A stretch of 64,000 nucleotides of DNA, from assembly GCF_963506605.1 (NCBI RefSeq), contig NC_083286.1, positions 30,876,001 through 30,940,000 on the forward strand, in the 5' to 3' direction. Shown in pieces: positions 1 to 12,225 of the stretch (its first letter is position 1; every line of letters begins with the position of its first letter). Made by a program: the position numbers and the translations under genes. A model generated the notes under the pieces. That model had not been told where the DNA came from. It saw only the letters and a program-made list of their open reading frames with translations, and searched no databases. The stretch is from Zootoca vivipara. Its lineage: Eukaryota.

Positions 1-1559
1 GTAGGCTAAGAAAAAATGTGAATTCTAGGTCACTGTATGTGCCAGCCTCCCAGGACTACAATGCATTTCTCCAGGTTACTGTCCTCTCCAGCTGAAAGAT
101 AAAAAATGATTGTCATGATATTTGTCACATGAATGATATGTTGCTGCTTGGTCTTTTCAATTGTTCTGCTGGTCTTCATCCCTCATCTGTGGTGACATTT
201 CCAGTGAGGGCTTGTCATTTGATTCTCCTTCTCCACCACTCACCTTTTACATACTATATTTATTGTAGGTGAAACTTTGTTTCCGGACAGGTAGTGATGC
301 TGCAACATTTAGGCAGTCTAATCTAAGTTATTGTTGTTATTTGCATAACACCATCAATGTGCCTCAAGCTTTATGGTGTAACAGCAAAGGGGGGCATGCC
401 TCTGTCCCAAGAAGCCTGTCACCTAGGTAAAAGATTGAAAACATTAAATGGGCATGTAGAATTAATTCTTGTTAAGAAGTAAAATAAATACGTCATGGGA
501 TCACAGGGTTTTGGCGACAGTGACTTTGGCTAGTTTATACCCACCCACGAGTCATTATATATCATTATATATATTTAGGCACTAGGCAAAAACTTTCCTC
601 TTTAACCTCTTTGACCTCTTACTAACCATTTGTGGCCTCTTCAAGTGGGTGGGTTTAAAATGTATATATATTATTTTAATGTATTTTGGCCATGGCTTCT
701 GCACTAAGAAATGAATTGGACTCTTAAGATGCTGATGAAAACAGTTGGAAAAAGTGAAGTTCCACCCCCCTGAAAAAAAAAAACAACTGATTGCAGTTCT
801 GGTAGTTAGGATGCTTAGATCCGCTGAAAGTTTGTGATACAGGACAGTAGCCAGGAAAATCAGCACCTCCAAATTATTTGCTTTAAAGCAGCAAAGTGAG
901 CCATCAAATTGATGCAGAAACATTCAATTTTCAAGTTTCAGAATATTTTCCCCACAAATTTAAATATTCATAGCCTCACTCCTGCCACTTGCAACAAATG
1001 GCAATCATACAAAAGATGTGTTTCTAAAGGATTTTTGCACGAAAAGAGCTCATCCTATCACCATGTTAAAATACTGTCTTTAGGACGGATGAGCACTTCA
1101 GAGCTAGATAACTCTGAGGCTGTTCAGAAACTTTTAGCAGCTTCAGCCTTCACAGCGGGAGGGAGAAAAATAGTTCTTTATTTGGTTCATGCCTGTACTT
1201 AAAGAAGCAGAAATAATGTGATCACTGCTGCTGCTAGATTGAGTGATAACATTCAGCTTGAAGGTGAGAATATTTTGAATTTTCTAAGAAGTGCAGGCAG
1301 CAGACTTTGACATCAATCTGAGGATATGCTGAAAGGGTAACTCTTAACCGTTTTAAAGATGTTTGTGCAAGATGGGCACATCTCAGAATATACGTATGTG
1401 CAGTGGTGGCCGGTAACATTTTGACTTGGTAGGATTGCTATTTTTAACCTTGCTGTTTTCATCACAATACGACATGTACATCACTTATTTAGGAAAGTGT
1501 GCCATTACACATCTGCAGAGTGCCATTGTCTTCTCTATAAAAAAAATTAAAAATCAATT

Positions 1560-1726
1560 GCAAAATAGAAACGTCGTCACCCGACCCCCCCCCATCTACC
1601 TCTTTCCCCCTTTTCTTCCCAATGTCTCAACAAATGAAACTGACTTGTAAAAATGTTATGAGAGACATTGCACATATCTTTGTAAACAAAAAAAAACTTT
1701 AATAAAATAATAATAATAATAATAAT
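1560..1726 (+). mobile_element. Short 5'-truncated LINE (L1-like) 3' end
   Basis: Ends in an AATAAA signal and an (AAT)n tail. Flanked by the direct repeat aaatcaatt (~1551 and ~1727). Confidence 0.5.
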
Positions 1727-2416
1727 AAATCAATTATTCTCTGCACATCTATGGACAGGGGATGAGCTTCGCTTTAAGAGGACCCAAATATGATTTTCAG
1801 ACTCCATATCTCTTATTTAGAAACTGAGCCACACCACATGACATAATTTTTTCAATTCATGTATTTCATCGGTTGCAAAAAAAAATCTAAACACACTCTT
1901 TTAAAATGTGAGGGAAACTTGCTTCCAGTTGCATGTATGGTAGTTTTCCTTCCTCTCATTATCCAAAGCACCTTTTGCTCTAAGTTAAAAGAAGAAAGGA
2001 CTGTGATATCACCCACCCCCAGCCTCCTCATCATCTCACTCCTTCCATCTCAACCTTCTGGATACCTACCCCTCACTAGGTTCAGTAGCAAGTCCCAGGT
2101 AATCCTGTGTAGGATCCCAGCCTGCCTGCAGGACTGAATGAGTCACAACAATCATTTGATCTAGCAAGGAAATGCTTCTGTTCTTTGGTCTGCGGCAGAC
2201 TGACCAAGCCTTCTTCCTTCGCTTGAGTACAAAGCACTTGTTTTCTTATCTTCTGAGAAAAATAGACCTGTAAAGGAGGGGGAGGGAGGGATGTAGTGTA
2301 CCACGTCTGAAAATACTTCGTATTATATTTCCAGATATAGGTGCTACTGTGGGTTTCTGTTAGAGCTAGGCCTAATCTTTGTGCATTGTTTTCAGCATGA
2401 AAGTTGTCATTTTCTA

Positions 2417-2778
2417 GGTAAAAAAGGTAAAGGTAAAGGGACCCCTGACCATTAGGTCCAGTCGTGACCGACTCTGGGGTTGCAGCGCTCATCTCACATT
2501 ATTGGCCGAGGGAGCCAGCGTACAGCTTCCAGGTCATGTGGCCAGCATGACAAAGCCGCTTCTGGCAAACCAGAGCAGCACATGGAAACGCCGTTTACCT
2601 TCCCGCTGTAGCGGTCCCTATTTATCTACTTGCACTTTGATGTGCTTTCGAACTGCTAGGTTGGCAGGAGCTGGGACCAAGCAATGGGAGCTCACCCCGT
2701 CACAGGGATTTGAACCGCCGACCTTCTGATCAGCAAGCCCTAGGCTCAGTGGTTTAACCACAGCGCCACCTGGGTCCC
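2417..2778 (-). mobile_element. Sauria SINE, full length
   Basis: The minus strand starts gggacccaggtggcgctgtggttaaacc (tRNA-derived head with ggttcaaatccc B box) and ends in an (ACCTTT)n tail. Near-identical to the copies at 41479 and 54998. Confidence 0.92.
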
Positions 2779-4062
2779 ATTTGCTAACATACTGCTTTTC
2801 ATGTTGAGCGCAACAGCTGCTCCTAGTTTCGATGCTTAAGCCATAATTCTATACACACTTACCTAGAAGTAAGCCCCATTGAGTTCAATTATACTTACTT
2901 ATTTAATAGGTATGACCGCCCGCCCGTCCCAGTTTTTCAGTAACATTTTGGGCAGTAGCTCTTGGTGAGACTGTATCTTAGAGAAATGCAAACAAATCCA
3001 TTGACTCCACCGTAGGAGTTCCACTGGGTGCACACAAACTTGCAAGAGGAAATTTTGTTCACAAATACAACCAGACAGATAAATAAGCATTTATAGGCAC
3101 CAACTAGGATATTTTGTTTCAAATTATATACTTTTCTTGCTATGGGCAGAAACAAAGTGTTCCATAAACTCCCCACCCCACCCGTTTTTGCTGTTATCTG
3201 ACCAACATGTGTGCAGAAAATGGCCCGAGAAAATCCATATGCTTCCTGCTGAAGTGTGTTTCTAGGTGAAAGGTTCTGCCTTAGAAAATTGTGGAAGTGT
3301 GCATTGTACTTGTTCATGACCTTTCCTGATGAATAAATCTCCAAGGATTTGGAGAGGGGGAAGGAATCAAATACAGTACTGCATTTGAATGATTTGAGGA
3401 AGAAGTGGACAACAATGTCTAGCTAAGTGGGAAGGTATTTGAGCCCTTTAATCTCTAAACTTAAAAGCACAAATAGTGTGACTTGTAGCACAACGTTAAA
3501 CATGTCTATTCAGCAGAAAGCCCCACTCATTTAAATGGGGCTTTCTCCCAGGCAAGTGTGTGAAAAGTTGCAGTCTTATTCATTCTTTTGGAACAATTGC
3601 TTATATTTCTGTTTAGGGGTGCAAAGGCTTTTATTACACCAAGGATTTCCCCATGGAGAACACTAAGGATTTCCCCATATATCACACACAAACACCCCAT
3701 CAATTCAGGTAACTTATTGCAAGTGTTGTTGCATTACAACAAAAAGCACCAGAACAAGTATATCTGATACTATTTAATAGGCAGGTTGTTTGTTTTTTAA
3801 CTGTTCACAGTACATACCTGGCAGGGTGAGGACCCAAAGTAGTGCTAACTATCCCATGTTTCGGTGGGCCAGGGGTGGCCTATGTCATGCCCTCCAGATA
3901 TTGTGGACTCCCGCCCCCTCAGCAACACAGCCAGCATGAGCAATGGTCAGGGACATTGGGAATTGGTGTCCACAGCATCCCCAGGACATCATGTTGACTA
4001 CGCTTGCATTGGGTCATAAAAGACATATGCTGTCCTGCAAAGTGGATGCTGATGGTGTAGTG

Positions 4063-4202
4063 CAGGCATCCCCAAACAGCGGCCCTCCAGATGGTTTGGC
4101 CTACAACTCCCATGATCCCTAGCTAACAGCACCAGTGGTTGGGGAAGATGGGAATTGTAGCCAGTCCAAAACATCTGGAGGGCCGAAGTTTGCGGATGCC
4201 TG
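4063..4202. mobile_element. hAT MITE (URR1/Charlie-like)
   Basis: TIRs caggcatccccaaac / gtttgcggatgcctg, fold-back body with ctacaactcccatg, perfect 8-bp TSD gtgtagtg. Confidence 0.85.
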
Positions 4203-4460
4203 GTGTAGTGGTGTACTGGTGGTGTACTGGTGTAGTGGTTAGAGTATATTGGATCAGGACCTGGGAGACCAGGGTTCAAATCTCCACTCAGCCATGAAGC
4301 TAGCTGGGTGGCCTTGTCTTTCAGCCTAACCCACCTCACAGGGTTGTTGCATGAATAAAACGGGAAGGAAGAGAGCCATGCGGGAAGGAAGAGAGCCATG
4401 CGGGAAGGAAGAGAGCCATGCATACCACTTTGTGCTCCTTAGAAGGGAGGATATAAATGT
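4203..4460 (+). mobile_element. Squam3/MIR-like tRNA-derived SINE
   Basis: ggtgtagtggttagag A box, ggttcaaat B box, core cagcctaacccacctcacagggttgttg. Confidence 0.75.
4361..4421. repeat. 20-bp tandem repeat x3
   Basis: cgggaaggaagagagccatg repeated three times exactly, inside the SINE. Confidence 0.95.
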
Positions 4461-5448
4461 AACAATATTAGATATACTTCTCAGCTGCAGTCTTATACCC
4501 CTTTACCTAATGAGCTCAGTGGGGCTTGCATCTGAACAAACATGCATAGGATTGTATAAATTTTTGGGGAACCAGAGAGGCACATCAACTTAACATAATC
4601 TCATAAAGCACCTTTTGGGTAGCTCATCCCCTTTTGATTTTAGAGTATGCCCCACAGAAAACAGCGTAGAACTGCTGGTGATATTTTGCAAATGGCTTCA
4701 AGAATCTAGTGAGGGCATACCTCTCACCAATCTGTCAAAGATATGAATGTGAATTAAGACTGAAGACTGGCCCTGAGAACAGAATACTGAACAGAATACT
4801 GAAATAAAGTGACACTTCTAATTTTATGGAGAGTCTGCTTCACAGTGACAAAGAAAGCAGCAGCCATGATTTGGACAGCACAGGTCAAGGCAGAGGCCAA
4901 GATGAGAGAAAATGCATTTGGGGGAGCCTTCTGTAAGTTGACATTCACAGCCTCGCTTTGAGCAGCTCCTCTTCTTTCTCTTCAGAGCAGATTGATACAG
5001 AAGGACTGCAGAAGTGAAAGAAATTGCATGAAGTGAAAGAAATTGCATGTCAGTTCTAATTACTCACAGCACACCACTAAAAGTCCAGAAATTATTGCCT
5101 GAACAAGGGTAGAAGAAGGGAAAGTAGAAGTTTATTTTAGAACCAAATTAAGCTTGCTTGTACTGAGCTGGGCGTTTAAATAAAAATTAAGCACCTGATT
5201 CTGCAGTTTAAAATAAAATAAAATGGTGGTGTTAGTGCTCTTTGTCATGGGACAGGGAGAGAAATCATTATATATATATATACAGTATATATATATATAT
5301 ATAGGCATATAACTAACCTGTGGCCTCCTAGAAGTGGTTGGGCTATAATTCCCATGGGAGTTGAAGACCAGCAATATATGGAGGCCTACAGGATAGGCAT
5401 CCCTGATATGGCAAAGATACTGATCCAGTCTCCAGCTGATTGACTGTG

Positions 5449-5600
5449 GTCATATCTGCACCATACACATGGCTCCCTCCTAAGATTATTGGAAACTGTA
5501 GTTTGTAAATTGAAGCGTAACTCTGTGTGAGGGTAAACAACAGTTCCCATGATTCTTTGGGAGGATGCACTTTGTTTTGAAAGTGTGGTGTGGATGTGAC
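5449..5600. mobile_element. Degenerate fold-back MITE
   Basis: Imperfect TIRs gtcatatctgcacca / tggtgtggatgtgac and internal arms ggaaactgtagttt / aaacaacagttccc. A related piece lies at ~49300-49460. Confidence 0.5.
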
Positions 5601-5618
5601 ATGTGTCTCCAGCATTTG

Positions 5619-6209
5619 TGCCATGAACTGGCAGGACAACGGGGAGGAGGAAGGGGATCCTGGCGAGGGGTGTAGCCAGGACTGGGGCAAGCTAGGGATG
5701 GGGAAGGAGAGGTTGGTCTAGGAAGTACTCACAGGGTGATGGGGGATGATGAGGGGATTGAGGTCAGTGCACAGGAACCAGAGCAGCAGGACTCCCGACC
5801 AGAGCCAGAGGGGACCTGGTCTCCATGAACACAGCGGGCTCTGAGTCATAGGGAACAGGTGGGACACTCTAGGCGGCTGAGGCAGGCAAGGGCCCACAGC
5901 CCAGTTCCCTAGCTGGCCAAGTGGGACTCACTAACTCTGGGAGGAGGGGTGTGATCCCTCAGCTGAGGTAGGAACAGGTGAGGGTCACCTGCCTCATCAA
6001 GCCCAGATGCTGCTGTCAGTCTGCAAAGTAAAAAGGGCAGCAGAGCTGAGGTGCTGTGTCTGCTTAACTACCCCCATGTTGATGAACCTCAGCTTGGGTG
6101 TTTCAATATCTCTGTGGGGAACTGTGCTTCGGTTTGGACTTTTGAGACGTGGAGTGACCCTGGACTTGACATACTGACTTGCTGCCAGGGAGGTCAGGGG
6201 TTCAGGACA
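5619..6209 (+). mobile_element. Solo LTR (Gypsy/ERV-type)
   Basis: TG...CA termini with short IR tgccatgaac / gttcaggaca, perfect 5-bp TSD atttg, 591 bp, TATA-like gtaaaaggg near 6028. Confidence 0.8.
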
Positions 6210-6559
6210 ATTTGTATGGATGGCACAAAGTTACCGGTTCAGTTTAGAAGTCACATGATAATAGCCCCTTTCAGGCATTGCAAATTGGGGAACAGAAACA
6301 CACAAGAGAAGTATTTGTGACCAAGCACAATATATTTTAACTATGCATATGTAGGATTTATAGCATAATGTTTTTAAGGAGCTAAATAGATGTTTTATTG
6401 TGATATAATCATTCATCATATTTCGTCATATTTTGTCATGTATAATCAAGTATGCTTTGTGTGATGTTAGGTTGCACTATGATTATTGTAGGGGATGTCC
6501 AAGGTGCAATAAATTTTTATCATTTTCTCCATAGTGTGTTTAAAAAATAATAATTATGC

Positions 6560-6990
6560 ATTTTACATATCTTAGTACATCAATTATACAGTTGTCGTCA
6601 TTTATCTTACACTCTTTGACTTCCACACACATCCCTCCATGGGGGTCTTATTTGGTCCTTGTTAAGCGGCATCTCCTTAGTTACCACCCCTCTTTTGCTT
6701 ATTTTTAACTGCTGCTCATATATCTAACCCCATTTGGAAGTTGTATCTGATTGTTATATTTCTTCAAATATTCGCCAAAGTATTCCCACTCTTCTTTTAT
6801 ATCCTACTCACCCCTCATTTCTTATCTTTGCAGTCAACATTGTTAGCTCCGCGTATTCTATTAGTTTATTCTGCTAGTCTACTCTTGCGGGACTATTTTT
6901 GTCTTTCTACCTTTGGGCATAAATTATTCTGGCCGCTATTATTGCGTGAAGGAAAAGACTAAGTACTTTCTTGGGTATTAGGTTTTCTCC
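6560..6990 (-). mobile_element. Decayed L1-clade LINE 3' end (ORF2 C-terminus remnant)
   Basis: The minus strand translates LFLHAIIAARIIYAQR*KDKNSPARVD*QNKLIEYAELTMLTAKIR. This matches the ARxxIAxxWK...W..KL motif of non-mammalian L1 ORF2, with TGG>TAG stops. Confidence 0.75.
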
Positions 6991-8149
6991 CTTGTGTTTA
7001 ATGCCTATGGATTGTATCCAATGTTACGCCTACTCAGAGTATATCCACTGAAATTAATGGACATGCCTAAGGGAGCAATCCTAAATCACATACGAAGGCG
7101 CGGTTCTATTTAACAACTACAAAAAGTGCTGGAAGGCAAACAACAATAATGGCAATGCATTGCTAATAAGACGTTTACAATAAACTAGAAAAAAAACACC
7201 ATTGTGGTTTCAAAGCATACATTTTATCCTGGCTTATAAAGAACCATACACAAAAATAACTATTGTATTGAAGAATGCTCTAAGGCAGCAATTGGCAATG
7301 ACAGCCTTCCAGGATAAGGTCCGTTTTCGAAGACCTGCCTCAGATGATAACTGCAAAAAACGTTCCCCATGAGGAACTGACAAACATTCATACTGCCAAT
7401 GACATTAGTTGCTGAAGGAGATAGCCACATGCCAACCCCAAAGTCACCACCTCAAAAGCGCTTCAAGGCCCTGATTGCAGTTTTCTCAGTTGGAAGGACT
7501 TTGGGAAAGTTTCTCTCTCCAAATAAGTTACTAAACATGAGGCAAACAGAACTATAATAATCTTATTCTTTCTGGAGGGTATGATGACAGAAAAACCAGT
7601 CAAAACCTCAATTTCAAGAGGATAATACCACTGAAGGGTACAAAATTACTACTTGAATGTTTTTGGCACCTGTCTGTCTTGAGAGAGAATGAAGTGCACT
7701 TCTGAGGATGAAATCAAACCACTGGAGAATCACAGCGCCTGTTGTGGCTGGAATTGACCTATTTTCCCACCCCCTAAATACACTTCTATGATTATAATTA
7801 TCTGCTCATTTATTTATTTTTATGTGTATTTTTTCCAGCGCATCTTAGGAAGGTTGTTTTCAACCAAAGCACACTGCACTTTGGGGCATTTAAAAATTCT
7901 ATATTTGATAAAGATGGGTTCCTTATATTTGGATGCTCTACCTCTTCCTTTGCTTTCTTGGGGTTTTGATAAGCATATGCCTAAATATGTGTAGAATCAG
8001 CACATTGTTCTGAAGAATTGTTTCTTCAGAAAATACTGGCTATTTTTGCATCATGGAACATCTAGTACACTTCCTCTAATTCCTGCATCAATCACAGGCA
8101 GGAGATATAGGTTAGCACATAGTACCTTCCCTTGCCTTTCATTGGAGCG

Positions 8150-8350
8150 TACTTTGTAAATTTCCTGCCAATAAATTCATACTCTTCCTTTTTCCTGTTT
8201 TGGATTTTCATTGTATTAGGCTAAAAAATAAGCTTCACGCTTCACAGTTTCCTTCTGTGCCCTTATAGCAATAATAATAAAGCCGGCTTGTTGTTGCCAA
8301 GTCTTGGAAGGAGATACAAGAAATGATATCATTCCATCCTTGGAGGCTTG
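8150..8350 (+). mobile_element. Highly decayed L1 ORF2 C-terminal remnant
   Basis: cggcttgttgttgccaagtcttggaag = RLVVAKSWK motif. Boundaries uncertain. Confidence 0.4.
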
Positions 8351-8489
8351 CACTTAGAGAAAATTAGAAGAGGAAGAACTTGGGGGAAAATGGTACTCCC
8401 CCCCCCACGGCATCTTTTCAAAGTGAAGATATATTGAGGGGGCTTTGTTGGTTTAAAAGCCATGTCCATTTTATGATGTATTTATTGCT

Positions 8490-8606
8490 GTGAGGAAGGT
8501 TAAGCTGAGAGGAAGTGACTGGTCCAAGGTCACCAAGTGAGCTTCATAGCCGAATAGCGATTTGAACCCTGTTCTCCCCAGTCATAGTCTGACACTGTAA
8601 CCACTA
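8490..8606 (-). mobile_element. Squam3/MIR-like SINE fragment
   Basis: ccaaggtcaccaagtgagcttcat...tttgaaccc...aaccactatacc is the reverse complement of the SINE head seen at 4230 and 17930. Confidence 0.65.
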
Positions 8607-9682
8607 TACCACAGATAATAGATAATGAAGATGACACATTTTGAACACTTGGAAGTGCAATACAGTACAAAGGTTAAGGATTATAATGATACTTCTTGAA
8701 CATGTTTTTGCTGCTGTCACCAACCTTGACCATTCATGAAATAGTTGGGTTCCTTTTATCCTTCTGTTCAGTCCATAGATCATTCCTTCTCCCATGCTGC
8801 ATCTTGCAAAAAGCCTCTTAGGTTTAGCATGCCTCTCAGCCCTTTTTGTTTTATGCCATTGTATGTATGTAAGCCTTCCTTTTGTTCTTCCTTCTAATTT
8901 GAAGGAAGGCTGCAAATCTTATTAAATAAATGCTTCCATAAATATATTGAAAACACACACACTCAGTATATACATGCAGGGATTTATAAACATCAAGGCT
9001 TTCTTTTAAAGGAACAAAACCCCTGTGTTCTTAGGCAAAAAGCAATATATTCCATAAAGTGGTCTGAAAGATGGAAATGGAGGCCAACAACTGACACATT
9101 CAATAGAATATTACTTAGATATAATTTTAAGCAAATCCCACATCTTGCTAGCTGAAAGTCACTTTTGAATGAATGTGGCAGGTGCTGCCTTTATAGTTAT
9201 TGCGAGAGTACCTAGAAACCACACTGGATTCCATGCAATTTATTTCAATTTGCAGTTTTCGATTATTCTCTACAGGTAGAACAGTAGGAGGGAGCTGGGC
9301 CTTATTGTGTGCAATCCAAATCTATTACAATCAATGGTCATTTTGCTGCTGACTGCAATGGGATGTGGGTTACATCCACTGATCTCATTTATTGAGGAGT
9401 TAGTTGGTACCATCCACTGGGAATGTCTCTCACACGAGGCATATTTAAATTAATGGGAGTTATGCAGCATCACAGCTGTATTCATTCAATAGGGTATGTA
9501 CGGGAGATGACCCTGCTGTCTTCCCCTCCTGCCTGCTTTCAACTGATGCTGATGTGGGGATTACATTTTATTTGGTCCCCCTCCCCCTCCCCCAGTTGTA
9601 AACTTGTTACAGACTAGATAGGGATGGGTTCATGAAAAACACTGGTGGGTGGAAAAGCTGCCTTGTCTTTGTCCTCTAGAGA

Positions 9683-9815
9683 GATGTTTCCCAAACTTGG
9701 GTCTCCAGTTGTTTTTGGACTACAACTCCCATCACCCCTAGCTAGCAAGACTAGTGTTCAGGGATAGGGGAATCGTAGTCCGAAAACAGCTGGGGACCCA
9801 AGGTTGGGAAACGCT
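9683..9815. mobile_element. hAT MITE (URR1-like)
   Basis: Fold-back gtttcccaaacttgggtctccag / ctggggacccaaggttgggaaac with ggactacaactcccatc core. Same family as 4063. Confidence 0.75.
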
Positions 9816-9884
9816 GCAAGACAGCATGTGAGGTTTTCATCATGCTTGGTTGATAATTCACTTAACACTGCCAGCTTGCTTTCA

Positions 9885-10116
9885 AGCTCCTATCAGCCAA
9901 TCACCCATTCCCACCACCCTTCTGAGTAATACCCCTCCCCACCTTCTGACTATACATAAGGGTCTGGTGACTTCCGTTTCAGTGTATCTGAAGAAGTGTG
10001 CATGCACATGAAAGCTCATACCTATGGCAAACTTAGTTGGTCTCTAAGGTGCTACTGGAAGCATTTTTTTTATTTTTTGTTTCGACTACGTCAGACCAAC
10101 ACGGCTACCTACCTGT
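9885..10116 (+). mobile_element. Penelope-like element (PLE) terminal fragment
   Basis: Perfect 12-bp TSD agcttgctttca (9873-9884, 10117-10128). Carries a hammerhead motif followed by ttagttggtctctaaggtgctactgg, which I recognise as a reptile PLE pseudo-LTR. Confidence 0.75.
9984..10021 (+). ncRNA. Minimal type I hammerhead ribozyme motif (PLE-associated)
   Basis: gtat-CUGAAGA-a-gugug(caug)cacau-GAAA-gc-UC^-atac: both core boxes, stem I gtat/atac, stem II with one G-U pair, palindromic AGCU stem III. Confidence 0.75.
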
Positions 10117-10240
10117 AGCTTGCTTTCAGAGAGTTCCAAGTGGGGCACAAGCATGGCTGGTTCCATGTTTGAGAAGGCACTCAGGAATATATGCCCTCTG
10201 TGGGTTTCTTCCCAAGATGGTGGACCCCCAGCCATTAGCT

Positions 10241-10640
10241 TGTTGTTGTTGTTTAGTCGTTTAGTCGTGTCCGACTCTTCGTGACCCCATGGACCAGAGC
10301 ACGCCAAGCGATCCTGTCTTCCACTGCTTCCTGCAGCTTGTTCAGACTCATCTTGGTAGCTTCGAGAACACTGTCCAACCATCTCGTCCTCTGTCGTCCC
10401 CTTCTCCTAGTGCCCTCCATCTTTCCCAACATCAGGGTCTTTCCCAGGGAGTCTTCTCTTCTCATGAGGTGGCCAAAGTATTGGAGCCTCAGCTTCATGA
10501 TCTGTCCTTCCAGTGAGCACTCAGGGCTGATTTCCTTCAGAATGGATAGGTTTGATCTTCTTGCAGTCCATGGGACTCTCAAGGGTCTCCTCCAGCATCA
10601 TAATTCAAAAGCACAAATTCCTTGGTGATCAGCCTTCTTT
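10241..10640 (-). mobile_element. Bov-B (RTE) LINE, 5'-truncated
   Basis: ORF RVPWTARRSNLSILKEISPECSLEGQ...VHGVTKSRTRLND is the Bov-B C-terminus; (CAA)n tail. Confidence 0.95.
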
Positions 10641-11067
10641 ACCTGGTGGCAACTACTGCAGGGCACTGATTTAAGGAATATTAAGGTGGTGCCAGCCACA
10701 CAGTGGGCCATTTTAATTTCCCCAAAAGCCCCAGGGAAGCATTATGTCAGGAATGCTAAGTGGCAGTTGATAACTAACCTGATACAGTCAAGTGCAGAGA
10801 GGAGGAGGAGGAAATCTTTCTTGTAGAATTGAGACATAGGAAAAAGAACATTCCTGTTATGTGGTTGATAACGGATCTTCCACAGGCAATCTTTTCCAAA
10901 CATGTGAATAGAACAACAAAAATGATAACTGGAGATTACTAATGAGGATAACATTACCTGCCAATGAAACAGTTTTGTTTCTGCATTTAGAATTTTGACA
11001 ATAGGTAACAAAAACAAATTTTCATCTTACCCTTAAATGCAAGGTGGTCAAATGTCATTCCTGTGGA

Positions 11068-11432
11068 TAGGGATGGACATATCTGGCAATTCTCGTCTCT
11101 CTTAATTTCTATTTGTTTTCCAATCTCAAGTTTGCTTTGGTCCATTGCAATTAAAATAAAGTCTACAAGAAATTCTGTGTGCATTTCCCTGCACATTTCT
11201 CCTAATATTCATTTTTTAAAATACAGCACGTATAAGCATTTTGCAATCAATTTTTCCTAACAGTATGCACTTTTAAATATAATTTTCACAAAAATTGTAT
11301 CCAGCATTCTTTGTCTGGAGAACAGCATTGCACAATCAGGAGTGAACATTTTAATGGTGAGGTGCATATATTGATACTGAAACTGTGAGTTTGGGACATT
11401 TGCATTCAGGTGCAAATTAAATGAATTTCCCT
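11068..11432. mobile_element. Old hAT-type non-autonomous element (TAGGGATG terminus)
   Basis: Starts tagggatggacatatctg with an AT-rich body. Related ends at 23310, ~46003 and ~59897. No clear TSD. Confidence 0.4.
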
Positions 11433-11874
11433 GCTCACGGGGCATTCTGCCCAGGAGTGAAGCTTGGAGCTGAAAGCAAGCAAGCTGCTGCTTGAAGAGG
11501 TAGCAAGGTTTGTTTTGATTTAAAAACAAGTTAAGAGGAAAAACAAATTAAGAGGAAAAAGAAAATCCCAGCTTGGGTGGTCTTCAACTAAGTTGCTTCA
11601 GACTAAGTCAGATCCACTAATTTCAATAGGTCTGCTCTAAGTAAAACATGGTCGAAGGTCACACCTTGTATTGAAAGGAAATAAAAAATGTATTGAAATT
11701 CACACCCACACCATCCCATGAAAGCGTGAATATTTGGCACAACTGAAAATAAAGTTGCAGCCTGACCTTAAGCAAATTTACTCAGCATCAAGTCAAGTTA
11801 TTTAATTCATTTATTTAAAAATATTTATTATCTGCTTCCCGCCCTTCAGCGTCTTTAATCAGAGTAATGCACTG

Positions 11875-12012
11875 GGGAGGGGGGTTACTGATTTGTTTTT
11901 TTGTTCATGTTTTTATCAGGTATTTAGTTTTTTTATGTTGCATTTTTACATTGTGAACCACCCTGAGACCTGCGGATGAAGGGCGGTATACAAATGTTAA
12001 TAATAATAATAA
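11875..12012 (+). mobile_element. L2-like LINE 3' end
   Basis: tgtgaaccaccctgagacc...gggcggtatacaaat plus (AAT)n tail. Related copies at 28195-28278 and 32050-32210. Confidence 0.65.
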
Positions 12013-12173
12013 TACAATAATACAACATAGAACCAGTAAAATGGAAGTATAAAAGCATACTTTAAAAATTATACATTAATATAACATTAAACCAGTAAAA
12101 GAAGATATGTCCTTAGAAGATGCCTGAAGCAACCACTGGAAACCCAGCCGGATGGGCGGGGTACAAATAAGAA

Positions 12174-12174
<1 letters not shown>

Positions 12175-12204
<30 letters not shown>

Positions 12205-12225
12205 CTGCTGCTGCTGCTGCTGCTG
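12175..12225. repeat. Compound (TTG)n(CTG)n microsatellite
   Basis: Direct reading. It produces the spurious polyQ ORF. Confidence 0.95.

Noticed and set aside
2700-2778. tRNA gene
   Set aside because: The A/B boxes belong to the tRNA-derived SINE head.
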